Part shown: positions 9,702 to 18,409 of the stretch, in pieces | How the letters are laid out: each line of letters opens with the position of its first letter | Position numbering within the stretch: the first letter of the stretch is position 1 | IMG/VR virus record: IMGVR_UViG_3300037465_000426 | Span: 1-32,513 of that record | Length of the DNA stretch: 32,513 nt | Source of the DNA: a virus | Taxonomy: Duplodnaviria > Caudoviricetes | Direction: 5' to 3' (one strand) | Notes under the pieces: generated by a model | Seen by the model: only the letters and a program-made list of their open reading frames with translations | What the model was told of the DNA's origin: nothing | Database searches by the model: none | Program-made: the position numbers and the translations under genes

Positions 9702-9958
9702 TGTGGCGGGGAATGACTTGTCCGCATTGCCAATATGTAACCGATGTTGACCCAGCACTGATAACAGACGAAAGCCCGATGCAATATTGCCCCAATTGTG
9801 AAGGCGCATTGTTTGGAGAAGATGAGGATTATGATGATGAAGATAATTGGGAACCATGCAGCCGATGTGATGGGCATGATGCCTGCTGGGATTTCGGTTG
9901 TGCTTTTGAACACGGGCTGGGTCATTTAGTCAACCGTGAACCCGGAGACGACTGGTAG
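9629..9958 (+). CDS. Cys-rich zinc-ribbon protein in a cassette-like unit
   Basis: CPHC, CPNC, CSRC..H..C motifs with an acidic linker. Confidence 0.65.
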   Translation: MKKNNIQQPNSEQSAGNGTKHVGSMWRGMTCPHCQYVTDVDPALITDESPMQYCPNCEGALFGEDEDYDDEDNWEPCSRCDGHDACWDFGCAFEHGLGHLVNREPGDDW

Positions 9959-10007
9959 CCATTGCTGCCAACTCGTTATTATGCGCTATTCAAAAAAATG
10001 AACAATT

Positions 10008-10229
10008 ATGTTAATCAATAATATATGCGAGCATTTGAGCAAAAGAATTGAAACTGGCGAATTGAGCAACGATGATATGGTTCAAATAATTGAACATATT
10101 GGCGGGTATCTCATCCTTCGCACGATAGCCCATTATGCCAGGGCAGAAAGATTAAGTTACAGCGGTGCAAAGAAATTCAGGCAAGTAAGAAAAATATTCA
10201 ATGTAAAGTTTGTAATTGACAATATATGA
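10008..10229 (+). CDS. Phage hypothetical protein
   Basis: 73 aa, ATGA overlap with the next gene. Confidence 0.7.
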   Translation: MLINNICEHLSKRIETGELSNDDMVQIIEHIGGYLILRTIAHYARAERLSYSGAKKFRQVRKIFNVKFVIDNI

Positions 10230-10675
10230 AAGAAATCACCAAAAGCCAGATTATCATCATACATACGCTGCTCCGCAAAAAAGGCCTGCATGAAGAAAAA
10301 GAACGCATCATCATCGAAGCCAGCGGCGGCCGAACCGGCAGCTGCAGCCGGCTGCATTTCGACGAGGCGCAAAAGCTGATAATATCATTGAACAAGAAAA
10401 AGGAAAACGAAAACGACAAGCGGCAGCGTATGCAGCGCCACATTATTGCAATGTCGCACGAAATGGGGTGGATAAAAAAAGAAAAAAGAATAACACGGGA
10501 AGGCGACATTATTGAAGTAAATAATTATGACGACCTGCACGCCTGGATTATAAAATACGGCTACCTACATAAAAAACTAAAAAGCTATACATACCGGGAA
10601 CTTCCTAAATTAGTAACGCAGTTAAAGGAAGTATATGCCTCGATGATGAAACTCAAACCAAATCATAAAATATGA
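10226..10675 (+). CDS. gemA: GemA-like (Mu gp16/DUF1018-type) protein
   Basis: QIIIIHTLLRKKGL...GRTGSCSRLHFDEAQKLIISL pattern; Mu-like position upstream of a Mor-like gene. Confidence 0.65.
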   Translation: MKEITKSQIIIIHTLLRKKGLHEEKERIIIEASGGRTGSCSRLHFDEAQKLIISLNKKKENENDKRQRMQRHIIAMSHEMGWIKKEKRITREGDIIEVNNYDDLHAWIIKYGYLHKKLKSYTYRELPKLVTQLKEVYASMMKLKPNHKI

Positions 10676-11025
10676 AAAACCTATTCCTTATTGCTTTGCT
10701 GCTGATCGGTATCAATAGCCTTTCCCAATCAGCAACAGCCGATTTTGGGCAAAAGCAATCAGTAAAGGAAATGCTGCCGAAGTTCCGGTATTATTTTATT
10801 TTGCTGAGAAGCGAAAACAAAAGCCTTATCATCGTATTGGAACAAAACGCCGCATGGGTCGATCTGCCCGATTCGCTTTTCCTGGAAAACGGCCAGCCCA
10901 GACGCTATAAGAGCTATTCACATGTATTCAGCAGCTTGTCCGATGCAGGGTTAGATTATATTGAATCATTCATTAACCCAACCACTAATTTTACTTTTTT
11001 ATTATGGCGTAAGCGAATTAACTGA
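10672..11025 (+). CDS. Exported accessory protein with a signal peptide
   Basis: MKNLFLIALLLIGINSLSQ Sec-type N-terminus. Confidence 0.65.
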   Translation: MKNLFLIALLLIGINSLSQSATADFGQKQSVKEMLPKFRYYFILLRSENKSLIIVLEQNAAWVDLPDSLFLENGQPRRYKSYSHVFSSLSDAGLDYIESFINPTTNFTFLLWRKRIN

Positions 11026-11065
11026 CGAGTTCCGAAATTCAGATAATTTCAATTATTTTTACACC

Positions 11066-11407
11066 ATGAGCCGGACCGGGATTCGCACCCTCTTCAATGA
11101 AATCATTGCAGAAGATTACCCGCTGAAATTGGTGAAAGGCCGCAGCGAGCGGCTCGATGACCAGCGCAACGAATGCCTCATCACACGCTATTTATACATG
11201 ATGAAACTCACCGGCTGGCGTCTCGACCTGCTGAAAAAAATGATAGCCTCCGATTTTTTCCTCAGCGAAAGAACGGTGCTGAATATCCTCGATGATAATT
11301 ACGCAATGCTTCGTTCTATCCGCAATAATATGCCGGATAAAACCCAACTTGAAAAAAAATGGCCACAGTATAACTGGAGTATGCCCGAGCTCAGCCTGTA
11401 TAGTTAG
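11066..11407 (+). CDS. Mor/C-like transcription activator
   Basis: GRSERLDDQRNECLITRY...IASDFFLSERTVLNIL HTH pattern; last gene of the early operon. Confidence 0.65.
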   Translation: MSRTGIRTLFNEIIAEDYPLKLVKGRSERLDDQRNECLITRYLYMMKLTGWRLDLLKKMIASDFFLSERTVLNILDDNYAMLRSIRNNMPDKTQLEKKWPQYNWSMPELSLYS

Positions 11408-11856
11408 CAAGAAAAATAGCTTGCTTTAAAAACGATTTCCCTGGTCCGGAAAGGGTCATTTCTTTTTTCGCTTGCCGACCTGGTACGACGGAAATCATCG
11501 AACACCAGCCCATCGGCTTGCCAGTATTGCAGTGCCTCTACCAGCTTCTTTTCCAATTCAAAATATTGCAGGCCTTTTTCGCGAACGGCGGTGCTGCTAA
11601 AGCCGCTGGTGTCGCTAACCACATCGAACGAAAGCCTGAAGCGCACCTGCATGTTACCATGCTGGCCATCCTGCCGCTGCAGGTATTCTGTGTCAAAAAA
11701 ATCAAACAAAACGCAAGGCCATGCCACCGCCGGCTTTTGGTCGTAAAAATCAAGTTGGCCAAGATCAAGGTCCACGTGCCTTATCTCCGGCAGCTGCGCT
11801 TTTATGCGGGCAATAAGTTTCTCGCTAAGGTTTGCGTAAAATGATGTAAGTGCCAT
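11404..11856 (-). CDS. Mu gp37-like tail terminator/completion protein
   Basis: LPEIRHVDLDLGQLD...PAVAWPCVLFDF pattern; position after gpG-like gene. Confidence 0.7.
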   Translation of the reverse strand: MALTSFYANLSEKLIARIKAQLPEIRHVDLDLGQLDFYDQKPAVAWPCVLFDFFDTEYLQRQDGQHGNMQVRFRLSFDVVSDTSGFSSTAVREKGLQYFELEKKLVEALQYWQADGLVFDDFRRTRSASEKRNDPFRTREIVFKASYFSC

Positions 11857-11882
11857 AGTTTATAAGTTTATAGGTTGAAGGT

Positions 11883-12401
11883 TCATTTCAACGATCTTGC
11901 TATTTGAATTTTCCCGATCCGCGTTAATCGTAATATCAGCGCCTGGCTGCGGCCAATAAACTGGCGCTTCGGCATATTGATAACGCCGCCCTTGAATGTA
12001 AAGCCACGACCGGCAGTAATACCCCGTTTAAATCTTCCTTTTTTATTCCGGTTACGTATAAATGTTTCGCTTCGTGCACGCCTGGTAATGTTGCCTCCAT
12101 AGTTGTGAATGCGTGCATAGGGCACATCGGTGCCTATTACCACTTTATTTTCAGACGTGCTGATAATACGTATACTTCTGCGCAGCCTGCCGGTGTCAAT
12201 AAGCAATGCCCGGCCCTTGTTTCTTTTAACATTTTTATTACGTTGTTTCCAGGGCTCGGCGTTGTTATCCAGCCAGGATTGGGTCCTAAACCGCTCATGC
12301 GAAAAGTTTACCGCCTCATTACCAAACACTTTTGGTAATGAGGTGATTGCGGTTTTCAACCTCTGTTTTAACCTTTCAAATACTTGTTTTTCGTTTGCCA
12401 T
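11883..12401 (-). CDS. Virion morphogenesis protein (Mu gpG / tail completion S family)
   Basis: LLIDTGRLRRSI, IGTDVPYARIHNYGG, MPKRQFIG motifs. Confidence 0.9.
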   Translation of the reverse strand: MANEKQVFERLKQRLKTAITSLPKVFGNEAVNFSHERFRTQSWLDNNAEPWKQRNKNVKRNKGRALLIDTGRLRRSIRIISTSENKVVIGTDVPYARIHNYGGNITRRARSETFIRNRNKKGRFKRGITAGRGFTFKGGVINMPKRQFIGRSQALILRLTRIGKIQIARSLK

Positions 12402-12414
12402 AAGACTAACTTTG
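12383..12414 (+). promoter_or_regulatory. Bacteroidota-type housekeeping promoter for the antisense small ORF
   Basis: CTTG(12383-86), 20-nt spacer, TAACTTTG(12407-14), an exact TAnnTTTG, 5 nt before the ATG at 12420. Confidence 0.6.
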
Positions 12415-12419
12415 TAAAA

Positions 12420-12614
12420 ATGGATACAACAACTCTTGAAAAAAAAGCGGTTCTGTTACTCTGCGATAGGGCTTTCCGGGCTTTTAAAAAGTATGGTATT
12501 CTCTATGTGGAACAGAATTACCCGCAGTGTGTTGAACTGGTGCTCTCCCAAAAAGAAAAATCCATACCAGAAGCCATACGATACTTCCAGAATCAGATCG
12601 ATCGTATCAACTGA
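12420..12614 (+). CDS. 64-aa protein antisense to the packaging operon; candidate immunity protein or moron
   Basis: Fills the gap between MuF and gpG, has its own promoter box and converges on the MuF 3' end. Confidence 0.6.
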   Translation: MDTTTLEKKAVLLLCDRAFRAFKKYGILYVEQNYPQCVELVLSQKEKSIPEAIRYFQNQIDRIN

Positions 12615-13993
12615 ATTCCTTTTTGCTTTAAATAATTATTCAATCTTTCCACATGTAAACTGTCAGAGGTAAGATCAAATCGACCGTGCCACTGGAAACC
12701 ATATCTTTTCCAAAAAGCTCTTCCTTCTTTTGTTCTCATCAGCTCTTCCAATGTCTGTTCTTCTCTTTCGTATGCGTACATCAGATCAGCAAACTCACCC
12801 TCACTATCATCATCCATCGTATATCCAAGCCTTGCCCATGTATAATATCCATTCATGCTTCTGCTTTTACCGGCTGTTACCTCAATCAATTGATAACCCA
12901 TTTCAATTGCAGATTCAACCTGGTTGGCAAATAGTTTTGTTCCAATGCCACTGCCGGTATCATGCACTTCCATAAATGCGTTATATATCTTTTTTTCAGC
13001 AGGGTAAATGATCCGCTCAATGTCATAAACGTCATTCTTAGACATTATTTTTAAAGCATCACCGTAGTGTATGGCGATCTTATAATTTAAATCATAATAT
13101 TTAACAGGAATGCCACCGGAAAGCTTCAGCAGATCAATATCGGTGTATTGATATTTTTCTTTTATTTCATTTACCAAATTCTCGTTGATATGAATAAAGG
13201 AAATCTTCTTTTGCACCCTGGGGTCATCAACAAAATTTCTTTCGTTCTTTGCTGATTCAGAAAGCCTTTCAGCCGTCTCTTGAACATAGTTTGGATTATC
13301 CTTGTAGTATGGATGATTTTTAGGGAAGACCAAACCCTGCATTGCCAGATTTGTTTTAAACAATGTTGGCATATTTTCAGGAAAGATGATATTGTCTGTA
13401 GGTGTTTCTTTCCCTTTTTGCAATTGGATCACATCACACCGGCAGTTCCAACCGTTTGGAGGGTAGTAAATATTCCAGAAAGGATCATCAACATGCTTTA
13501 CCACTTTATCCAGTTCCCGATGTGCAGGGCGCACACGATCATCGCCAACTGTTTCGTATTTTAATAATGGAAATATATCTTTATCCTCTTGTATTCGCTG
13601 CCATTTGGCACTCATTTGCCCACCAGCTACCGCAAAGTTGTATTCTGTTTTTAACCAGGAGCCAACAAATTCATTAGTCACTTTTTTTGCGGCATTTCTA
13701 AAGTCCTTAAAGCTCCGGGTATTTCCTTTTTCATCTACTAACGCCATCGTCATAGCACGCAGCTGCTGATAATTTTTTGCCGCACTGAATTGCCATACAT
13801 CTTTCAGCATTGCTTCCAATGCAAGCCTGTCAGGAGTGTCAAAATCATGATCGATGATGTCACTACCATAACCCCTGATCACACCACTCCATATTGCATC
13901 AACAAAGTGACGGACCATTTCATCACTAAGCTTTGTTGGCATGCTACCAATTCGGTAGATTTTCTTAATTAACCTTTCAACAATATCATTCAA
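12593..13993 (-). CDS. MuF (Mu gpF/SPP1 gp7) minor head protein with a C-terminal GNAT-like extension
   Basis: WLKTEYN, YETVGDDRVRPAH, DDPFW..YYPPNGWNCRC are MuF motifs; the C-terminus has GSGIGTKLF...GYYTWARLGY; the frame stays open upstream to 14131. Confidence 0.9.
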   Translation of the reverse strand: MNDIVERLIKKIYRIGSMPTKLSDEMVRHFVDAIWSGVIRGYGSDIIDHDFDTPDRLALEAMLKDVWQFSAAKNYQQLRAMTMALVDEKGNTRSFKDFRNAAKKVTNEFVGSWLKTEYNFAVAGGQMSAKWQRIQEDKDIFPLLKYETVGDDRVRPAHRELDKVVKHVDDPFWNIYYPPNGWNCRCDVIQLQKGKETPTDNIIFPENMPTLFKTNLAMQGLVFPKNHPYYKDNPNYVQETAERLSESAKNERNFVDDPRVQKKISFIHINENLVNEIKEKYQYTDIDLLKLSGGIPVKYYDLNYKIAIHYGDALKIMSKNDVYDIERIIYPAEKKIYNAFMEVHDTGSGIGTKLFANQVESAIEMGYQLIEVTAGKSRSMNGYYTWARLGYTMDDDSEGEFADLMYAYEREEQTLEELMRTKEGRAFWKRYGFQWHGRFDLTSDSLHVERLNNYLKQKGIQLIRSI

Positions 13994-14097
13994 TTGATCA
14001 TCACTAAGCAGGTTGGGTAATGATAATGTGATATTACGATCATCAGAATCGCAGGTGTGGTAAAATTCGCGGATCTCTTTCTGATCAATACCCGGTA

Positions 14098-14131
14098 CGC
14101 CCCGCAGGTTTACGGGGCGGGGTCGAAAAAA
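14098..14131 (-). other. Predicted -1 programmed ribosomal frameshift signal (portal to MuF)
   Basis: T_TTT_TTC (14131-14125), 5-nt spacer, hairpin CGCCCCGTA-AACC-TGCGGGGCG; the -1 frame is the MuF frame. Confidence 0.75.
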
Positions 14132-15426
14132 TCAGCCAATGAATGTCTGAGTCTGCGCCACCAGGATGTTTCTTCTCCATCGAACTGATCGTTAGGCGGC
14201 TTTTTTCCAGGGGTAGGCTTTGGATTGTTACCTGTTCCCCCGCCAGCTGGCGACAAAGCAGCTTTCTTTTCTTCTTCCATTTTTTCCTTTAATTGCTCAT
14301 AATTCTTTGGCTTCGGGATGCCGGTTATCTCATACACATAATCATCATCTACCGGCTGGCGCCTGCTTACGCTCATTACAATGTCCACTTTCTTTTTCAC
14401 CTTATCCATATCCATCTCTTCTACATAACACCATTCGCCACCCTCAACCGGGTAGGCATAGCTTTTCAGTATGGTCAGCATCTGCGGGCTGTTAAAGAAT
14501 TTAAGCTCATCATCCATATCATCTTTCACCACTTCATCCTGCTGCTTCAGGTGCGTTTCGCTCTGGGCATAGCCGCTGCTTTTGCTGCTGGCAGTTGTTT
14601 CCGTCACACCAAGCACTATGACACTCATCTCATCATTACAAGCCAAACGGAATTTTTCCTGCAGGGCGCCATCACCGTTATTCTGCTTGCCATCTTCCAT
14701 CTTCAGATCCACCTGCTTAGGCACCTGCAACCTGGTGCCGCTGCCGATATTACGCATGATGTTATCCAGCTCCTTTTTTGTATTTTCATCGTGGGCATCG
14801 TAAGTGAATACGATCATGGGCTGACCGAAAACTTCAATATATTGCGCCCAGTCGCCCATGTTTCCCTTTTTCCAGATAGCGTAAGGTGCGCATTTGTTTA
14901 GCAGACCGAAATTTCCAAATTCACCTTTTACAATAATATTCCATATGCTTTCATAATCGAAGCCTTCTGTACCCCATTGTTCTTTTGTAATCCGCTTCAC
15001 CTGGGTATTGATATGCTTTATGGGAATTTCCTTCCACATAAATTCTTTTCCCGGTATGAACTCAAAGCCGTACAGGCCATGCGTTACGTACCTGAACCGC
15101 TTTTTCCGAAGCTCTTTGAATGCTTCCAACCGTGTAAGCTCATCCAGCGCATCTACTTTCTTTTCTCCTTTTTTGAAATATAGTTTTTTGTTGGTAACAT
15201 TTTTGATCCGCTTATCAATAATGCCGGTAAGATGACCATCAAGTTCTACGGTGGAGAAAATATCATATAACTCGGTGCGGTTGGCATAGTACACGCTTTC
15301 AGCCTGCTGCAGGGCATTCCACCAGGCGGCAATGTCTTTAAATGTCCGGTCCACGCTGCGGATATATACCGGCATGTGGTTGATCACTATCTTTTCGCTT
15401 GAGCTGAGGATTTCTGTTGATGCCAT
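14110..15426 (-). CDS. Portal protein (Mu gp29/DUF935 family)
   Basis: DGHLTGIIDKR, GLLNKCAPYAIWKK..DWAQYIEVFGQP, CNDEMSVIVLGVTETT, GYAQSETH motifs. Confidence 0.9.
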   Translation of the reverse strand: MASTEILSSSEKIVINHMPVYIRSVDRTFKDIAAWWNALQQAESVYYANRTELYDIFSTVELDGHLTGIIDKRIKNVTNKKLYFKKGEKKVDALDELTRLEAFKELRKKRFRYVTHGLYGFEFIPGKEFMWKEIPIKHINTQVKRITKEQWGTEGFDYESIWNIIVKGEFGNFGLLNKCAPYAIWKKGNMGDWAQYIEVFGQPMIVFTYDAHDENTKKELDNIMRNIGSGTRLQVPKQVDLKMEDGKQNNGDGALQEKFRLACNDEMSVIVLGVTETTASSKSSGYAQSETHLKQQDEVVKDDMDDELKFFNSPQMLTILKSYAYPVEGGEWCYVEEMDMDKVKKKVDIVMSVSRRQPVDDDYVYEITGIPKPKNYEQLKEKMEEEKKAALSPAGGGTGNNPKPTPGKKPPNDQFDGEETSWWRRLRHSLADFFDPAP

Positions 15427-15560
15427 CAGTTTAAGTTTATGTAGAAAAAATTATTTGGCTGCATAAAGGAAAAATGAATGTACACGCTTTCATTTTCTGG
15501 AATCCAGTACTGAGACCAGCGGATCCAATAATCATTTTCTTTCAGCGCTGCCATTATCAT
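15426..15560 (-). CDS. 44-aa mini-ORF coupled between gp36-like and portal genes (not in the ORF track)
   Basis: MIMAALKENDYWIRWSQYWIPENESVYIHFSFMQPNNFFYINLN*; TGATG overlaps at both ends. Confidence 0.55.
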   Translation of the reverse strand: MIMAALKENDYWIRWSQYWIPENESVYIHFSFMQPNNFFYINLN

Positions 15561-15991
15561 CAGTAATGATTGCTGCGTTTTGTATTTGACTCAAATTGTA
15601 TTTCGCTACCTTCTTTGCGGTCAGTCGTTGTATCATCAGCCGGCACCGGCCAGCCCGGGTCGGCTTTACCGGTCTGTACCCGGACAAACCACTGAATTGC
15701 ATCTTCGTAGTTCTGCCTGAACAGCTCGATGTTCACATTCGGATTGGCAAGCTTGATGATTTTCCAGCAGGCCAGGTCTTTTACCTTATCAAGCAGATTT
15801 TTATCGTTCACAAAATTTGGGTCCGTATCAGTAAAAAGTTTTACCAGGTCAAACCGCCTGCAATAACTTTTTGCTTCAGCTACAGCCGCATCAATCTGCA
15901 GGGTGATGATGGTGGCATCACCGCGGTCAATCTCATCGAGAACGGTGGAATAAATATGTGTTTTCAGGTCGGCTTTTACAAGGTAGGCCAT
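15560..15991 (-). CDS. Mu gp36-like (DUF1320) head-tail adaptor
   Basis: YLVKADL, AVAEAKSY..RFDL, KDLACW, YEDAIQW..VQTGK pattern. Confidence 0.85.
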   Translation of the reverse strand: MAYLVKADLKTHIYSTVLDEIDRGDATIITLQIDAAVAEAKSYCRRFDLVKLFTDTDPNFVNDKNLLDKVKDLACWKIIKLANPNVNIELFRQNYEDAIQWFVRVQTGKADPGWPVPADDTTTDRKEGSEIQFESNTKRSNHY

Positions 15992-16011
15992 GATAGTTTA
16001 TAGATTATGGT

Positions 16012-16215
16012 TTATGCTTGGTTTTCATCGGCTGTGTTGGTTTTGGTCAACCGGAAAAGATGAACAGGATAGGAATCGCCATGATCCTTGCACACTTCGC
16101 AATATCCGCCGCCGAAGAAAAAGCGGATCATGCAGTATTCTTCACTGATGCTTCCCCGGTCAACGATTACCCGCTCGCCTTCGGAAAATTCGCTCATGTC
16201 AGTATCGTTTTGCAT
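16012..16215 (-). CDS. Small hypothetical protein
   Basis: 67 aa; overlaps the terminase stop and fills the gap. Confidence 0.55.
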   Translation of the reverse strand: MQNDTDMSEFSEGERVIVDRGSISEEYCMIRFFFGGGYCEVCKDHGDSYPVHLFRLTKTNTADENQA

Positions 16216-17746
16216 TTGCTGATGTTTTGTACATTTTTATTGATTGAGGTGTTATGGCTGAAAATTTGTTCATAATAATCTGGACAGCGCCCTGCACAGC
16301 ATCGGGTCCGTCGAGTGTGCGGCTGTTGGGGTGCGCCGTTGTAAACTGCCTGGCCATGCGAATCATGTGCGGATTATCTTTTTCATCAATATTGAAAACA
16401 AGATTACCGAGCCTGACAAGCGGTTCTAATGTGGCTTCTATTCTGAACCATTTTTCCGGTTTTTTTGCAGTATCCGGGATAATGCTAAGTGCGCCGCCGT
16501 TTTGTTTTATTTTTTGATAAATTAGCGGCAGCAACACCTGTTCATAGAAAGGGTCCTGGAGCGTATTATTTTCAACAAAGATGTAATGGGGTGTTGCATT
16601 GCCTACATGCTTGCGCATCGCATACAACCAATCAATGAATGTGTTGTTGGTAGTTACATCGTTGAAGCACTTATACAGATAATACTTTCCGGCATAGTAA
16701 CCTACCAGGGCCACTACTTTACAAGAGTTACCGGCCTTTGATTTTGCCAGCGGCTTATCCCGGTTGCTGGTGGAGGGATCGCTGTAGGTAACTATGAAAG
16801 GAAGTTTTTTCATTTCGGGGCATTTGCCCCAGGTAATTTCCCTGAAAGTTTGCCCCTGGCGCATGGGGTTATTGAAGTATTCCTGCTGCACTGCTTCATA
16901 GCTGATGAGCGAGAGAAACTCATCAATATCTTTCTCGCTGTTTTTTTGCGGCCACACCGAGATTCCATTTTCATCACGGATATTGATTATTTCAATATCA
17001 TTGGCATACTGCTGAAAGCGCAAGGCAAGCGAATCCGGCGATATGATGTTGTTATCAAAAAAAATATAATACGGTTTTGAAATGTCAACCGTTGGCAGCA
17101 CGGCCATCATAATCCAGTCCCAGGATTGGTTCAGCCTTTCTTCGCTGCGGCATTCTTCATCATCGTCCACATCATCGAAGATGATTACGTTTACACGCAG
17201 CTCTTCGTTCTTGGTGCCGCGGGGGTTCTGCTGCTTGCCCACGGCGCGGAATGTGCAGCCCTGCCGGTCGGTGAAATCGCCGGCGGTCCATGATCCGGGT
17301 TTTTCCTGTATCCCATAATCATTGATGATACGCTGGTTGCTGTCGAGTGAGATCATGTATGGCATCAGTAATCTTTGTGCATTTTCCACCGTTTTGCTGA
17401 TGAGAAGTGCATTGATGCGGAACCTGCGTGCAAGTTTTATGTACAGCACTTCAAACATCCGGCGTGTGCTTTTTGACAAGCCGCGTGCCCAGCACCGGGC
17501 CTGTGCAATGCGTTCCGCTTTCAGAATCTTCTTTGTGCTTTTGATTTGAAAATCTGCCGCTTCCGCAAAACAGTATTTTGGGAAATAATATTTGAACCAT
17601 TCTTCCGGGTTAGCTTCCAGGTGCATGAGGCGTTTTTTCTTTGCATCTTCCGTTTCATTGGCATCTACGGTAGTGCTGTTGAAGATTTGCTGGCGAAAAT
17701 CTTCCCAATTTTGCAGCGCCTGCTTATCGGTTTTATTCCAGATCAT
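16199..17746 (-). CDS. Terminase large subunit
   Basis: WARGLSKST Walker A variant, IIFDDVDD Walker B, QQEYFNNP coupling motif, YSDPS and DGPDAVQG nuclease acidic residues. Confidence 0.92.
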   Translation of the reverse strand: MIWNKTDKQALQNWEDFRQQIFNSTTVDANETEDAKKKRLMHLEANPEEWFKYYFPKYCFAEAADFQIKSTKKILKAERIAQARCWARGLSKSTRRMFEVLYIKLARRFRINALLISKTVENAQRLLMPYMISLDSNQRIINDYGIQEKPGSWTAGDFTDRQGCTFRAVGKQQNPRGTKNEELRVNVIIFDDVDDDEECRSEERLNQSWDWIMMAVLPTVDISKPYYIFFDNNIISPDSLALRFQQYANDIEIINIRDENGISVWPQKNSEKDIDEFLSLISYEAVQQEYFNNPMRQGQTFREITWGKCPEMKKLPFIVTYSDPSTSNRDKPLAKSKAGNSCKVVALVGYYAGKYYLYKCFNDVTTNNTFIDWLYAMRKHVGNATPHYIFVENNTLQDPFYEQVLLPLIYQKIKQNGGALSIIPDTAKKPEKWFRIEATLEPLVRLGNLVFNIDEKDNPHMIRMARQFTTAHPNSRTLDGPDAVQGAVQIIMNKFSAITPQSIKMYKTSANAKRY

Positions 17747-17761
17747 TGAGTTAACTTTTTG

Positions 17762-17783
17762 CCCCTAAATCCCCTAAGGGGAC
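17762..17783. repeat. REP-like palindrome CCCCTAAATCCCCTAAGGGGAC
   Basis: Short hairpin TCCCCTAAGGGGA; related copy at 24802-24823. Confidence 0.5.
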
Positions 17784-17796
17784 ATTGGAGCACAAA

Positions 17797-18243
17797 TTAT
17801 TTTTTGATACTCGCTTGTATAAAGCAGTGCCAGCGGTCGGTTTCTTTAATCACTTCTTCGACCGGCTCGGCTTTTTGTAAATATTTTATGTAAAGAATAC
17901 CCGTTTCTACAATTGCCTCGATGCCCAGCTCTGTTTGCAGGTCCTTAATTGATGCGGTTAATTTTCTTTGCACATCGGCCTGCTTTGTGTCAGGTCTTTT
18001 TTTAGCGCTTTCCCTTATCTCGTTATTCAGCGTTTCCAATTGTTCAAAGAAATTATTAAGCTGTTCTTCTTTTGTGATGAGCAGCCGGCGCCGGAGGCTT
18101 TTCCAGTTGAATTGGTTCACCCACTTGCTCATTGTCTTTTCGCTGATGCGAACCTTTTTGGCAACTACTTTCTGGTCCAGCTGTTCGCGGGTGAAGAGCA
18201 GTTTGGCGATTAACTGCTTATCGGTGATAGACTGCTTGCTCAT
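17797..18243 (-). CDS. Terminase small subunit (N-terminal HTH)
   Basis: AKLLF..LDQKVVAKKVRISEKTMSKWVNQFNWK HTH; directly upstream of TerL; ATG at 18243 preferred. Confidence 0.8.
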   Translation of the reverse strand: MSKQSITDKQLIAKLLFTREQLDQKVVAKKVRISEKTMSKWVNQFNWKSLRRRLLITKEEQLNNFFEQLETLNNEIRESAKKRPDTKQADVQRKLTASIKDLQTELGIEAIVETGILYIKYLQKAEPVEEVIKETDRWHCFIQASIKK

Positions 18244-18409
18244 ACGCAACAAATTTCACACACACCTAAGATGTGTTCCTTATTAAAAATCTATGACAGG
18301 CAGAATGAGTACCCGAAACGGCCGGCTGAAGTACCTAAGGCAGATTTCTGATTTGGCGAAGCTTTTAGCCGATTAGAATTTTACAGCGGAGAACGAAAAT
18401 AGGAAAAGA

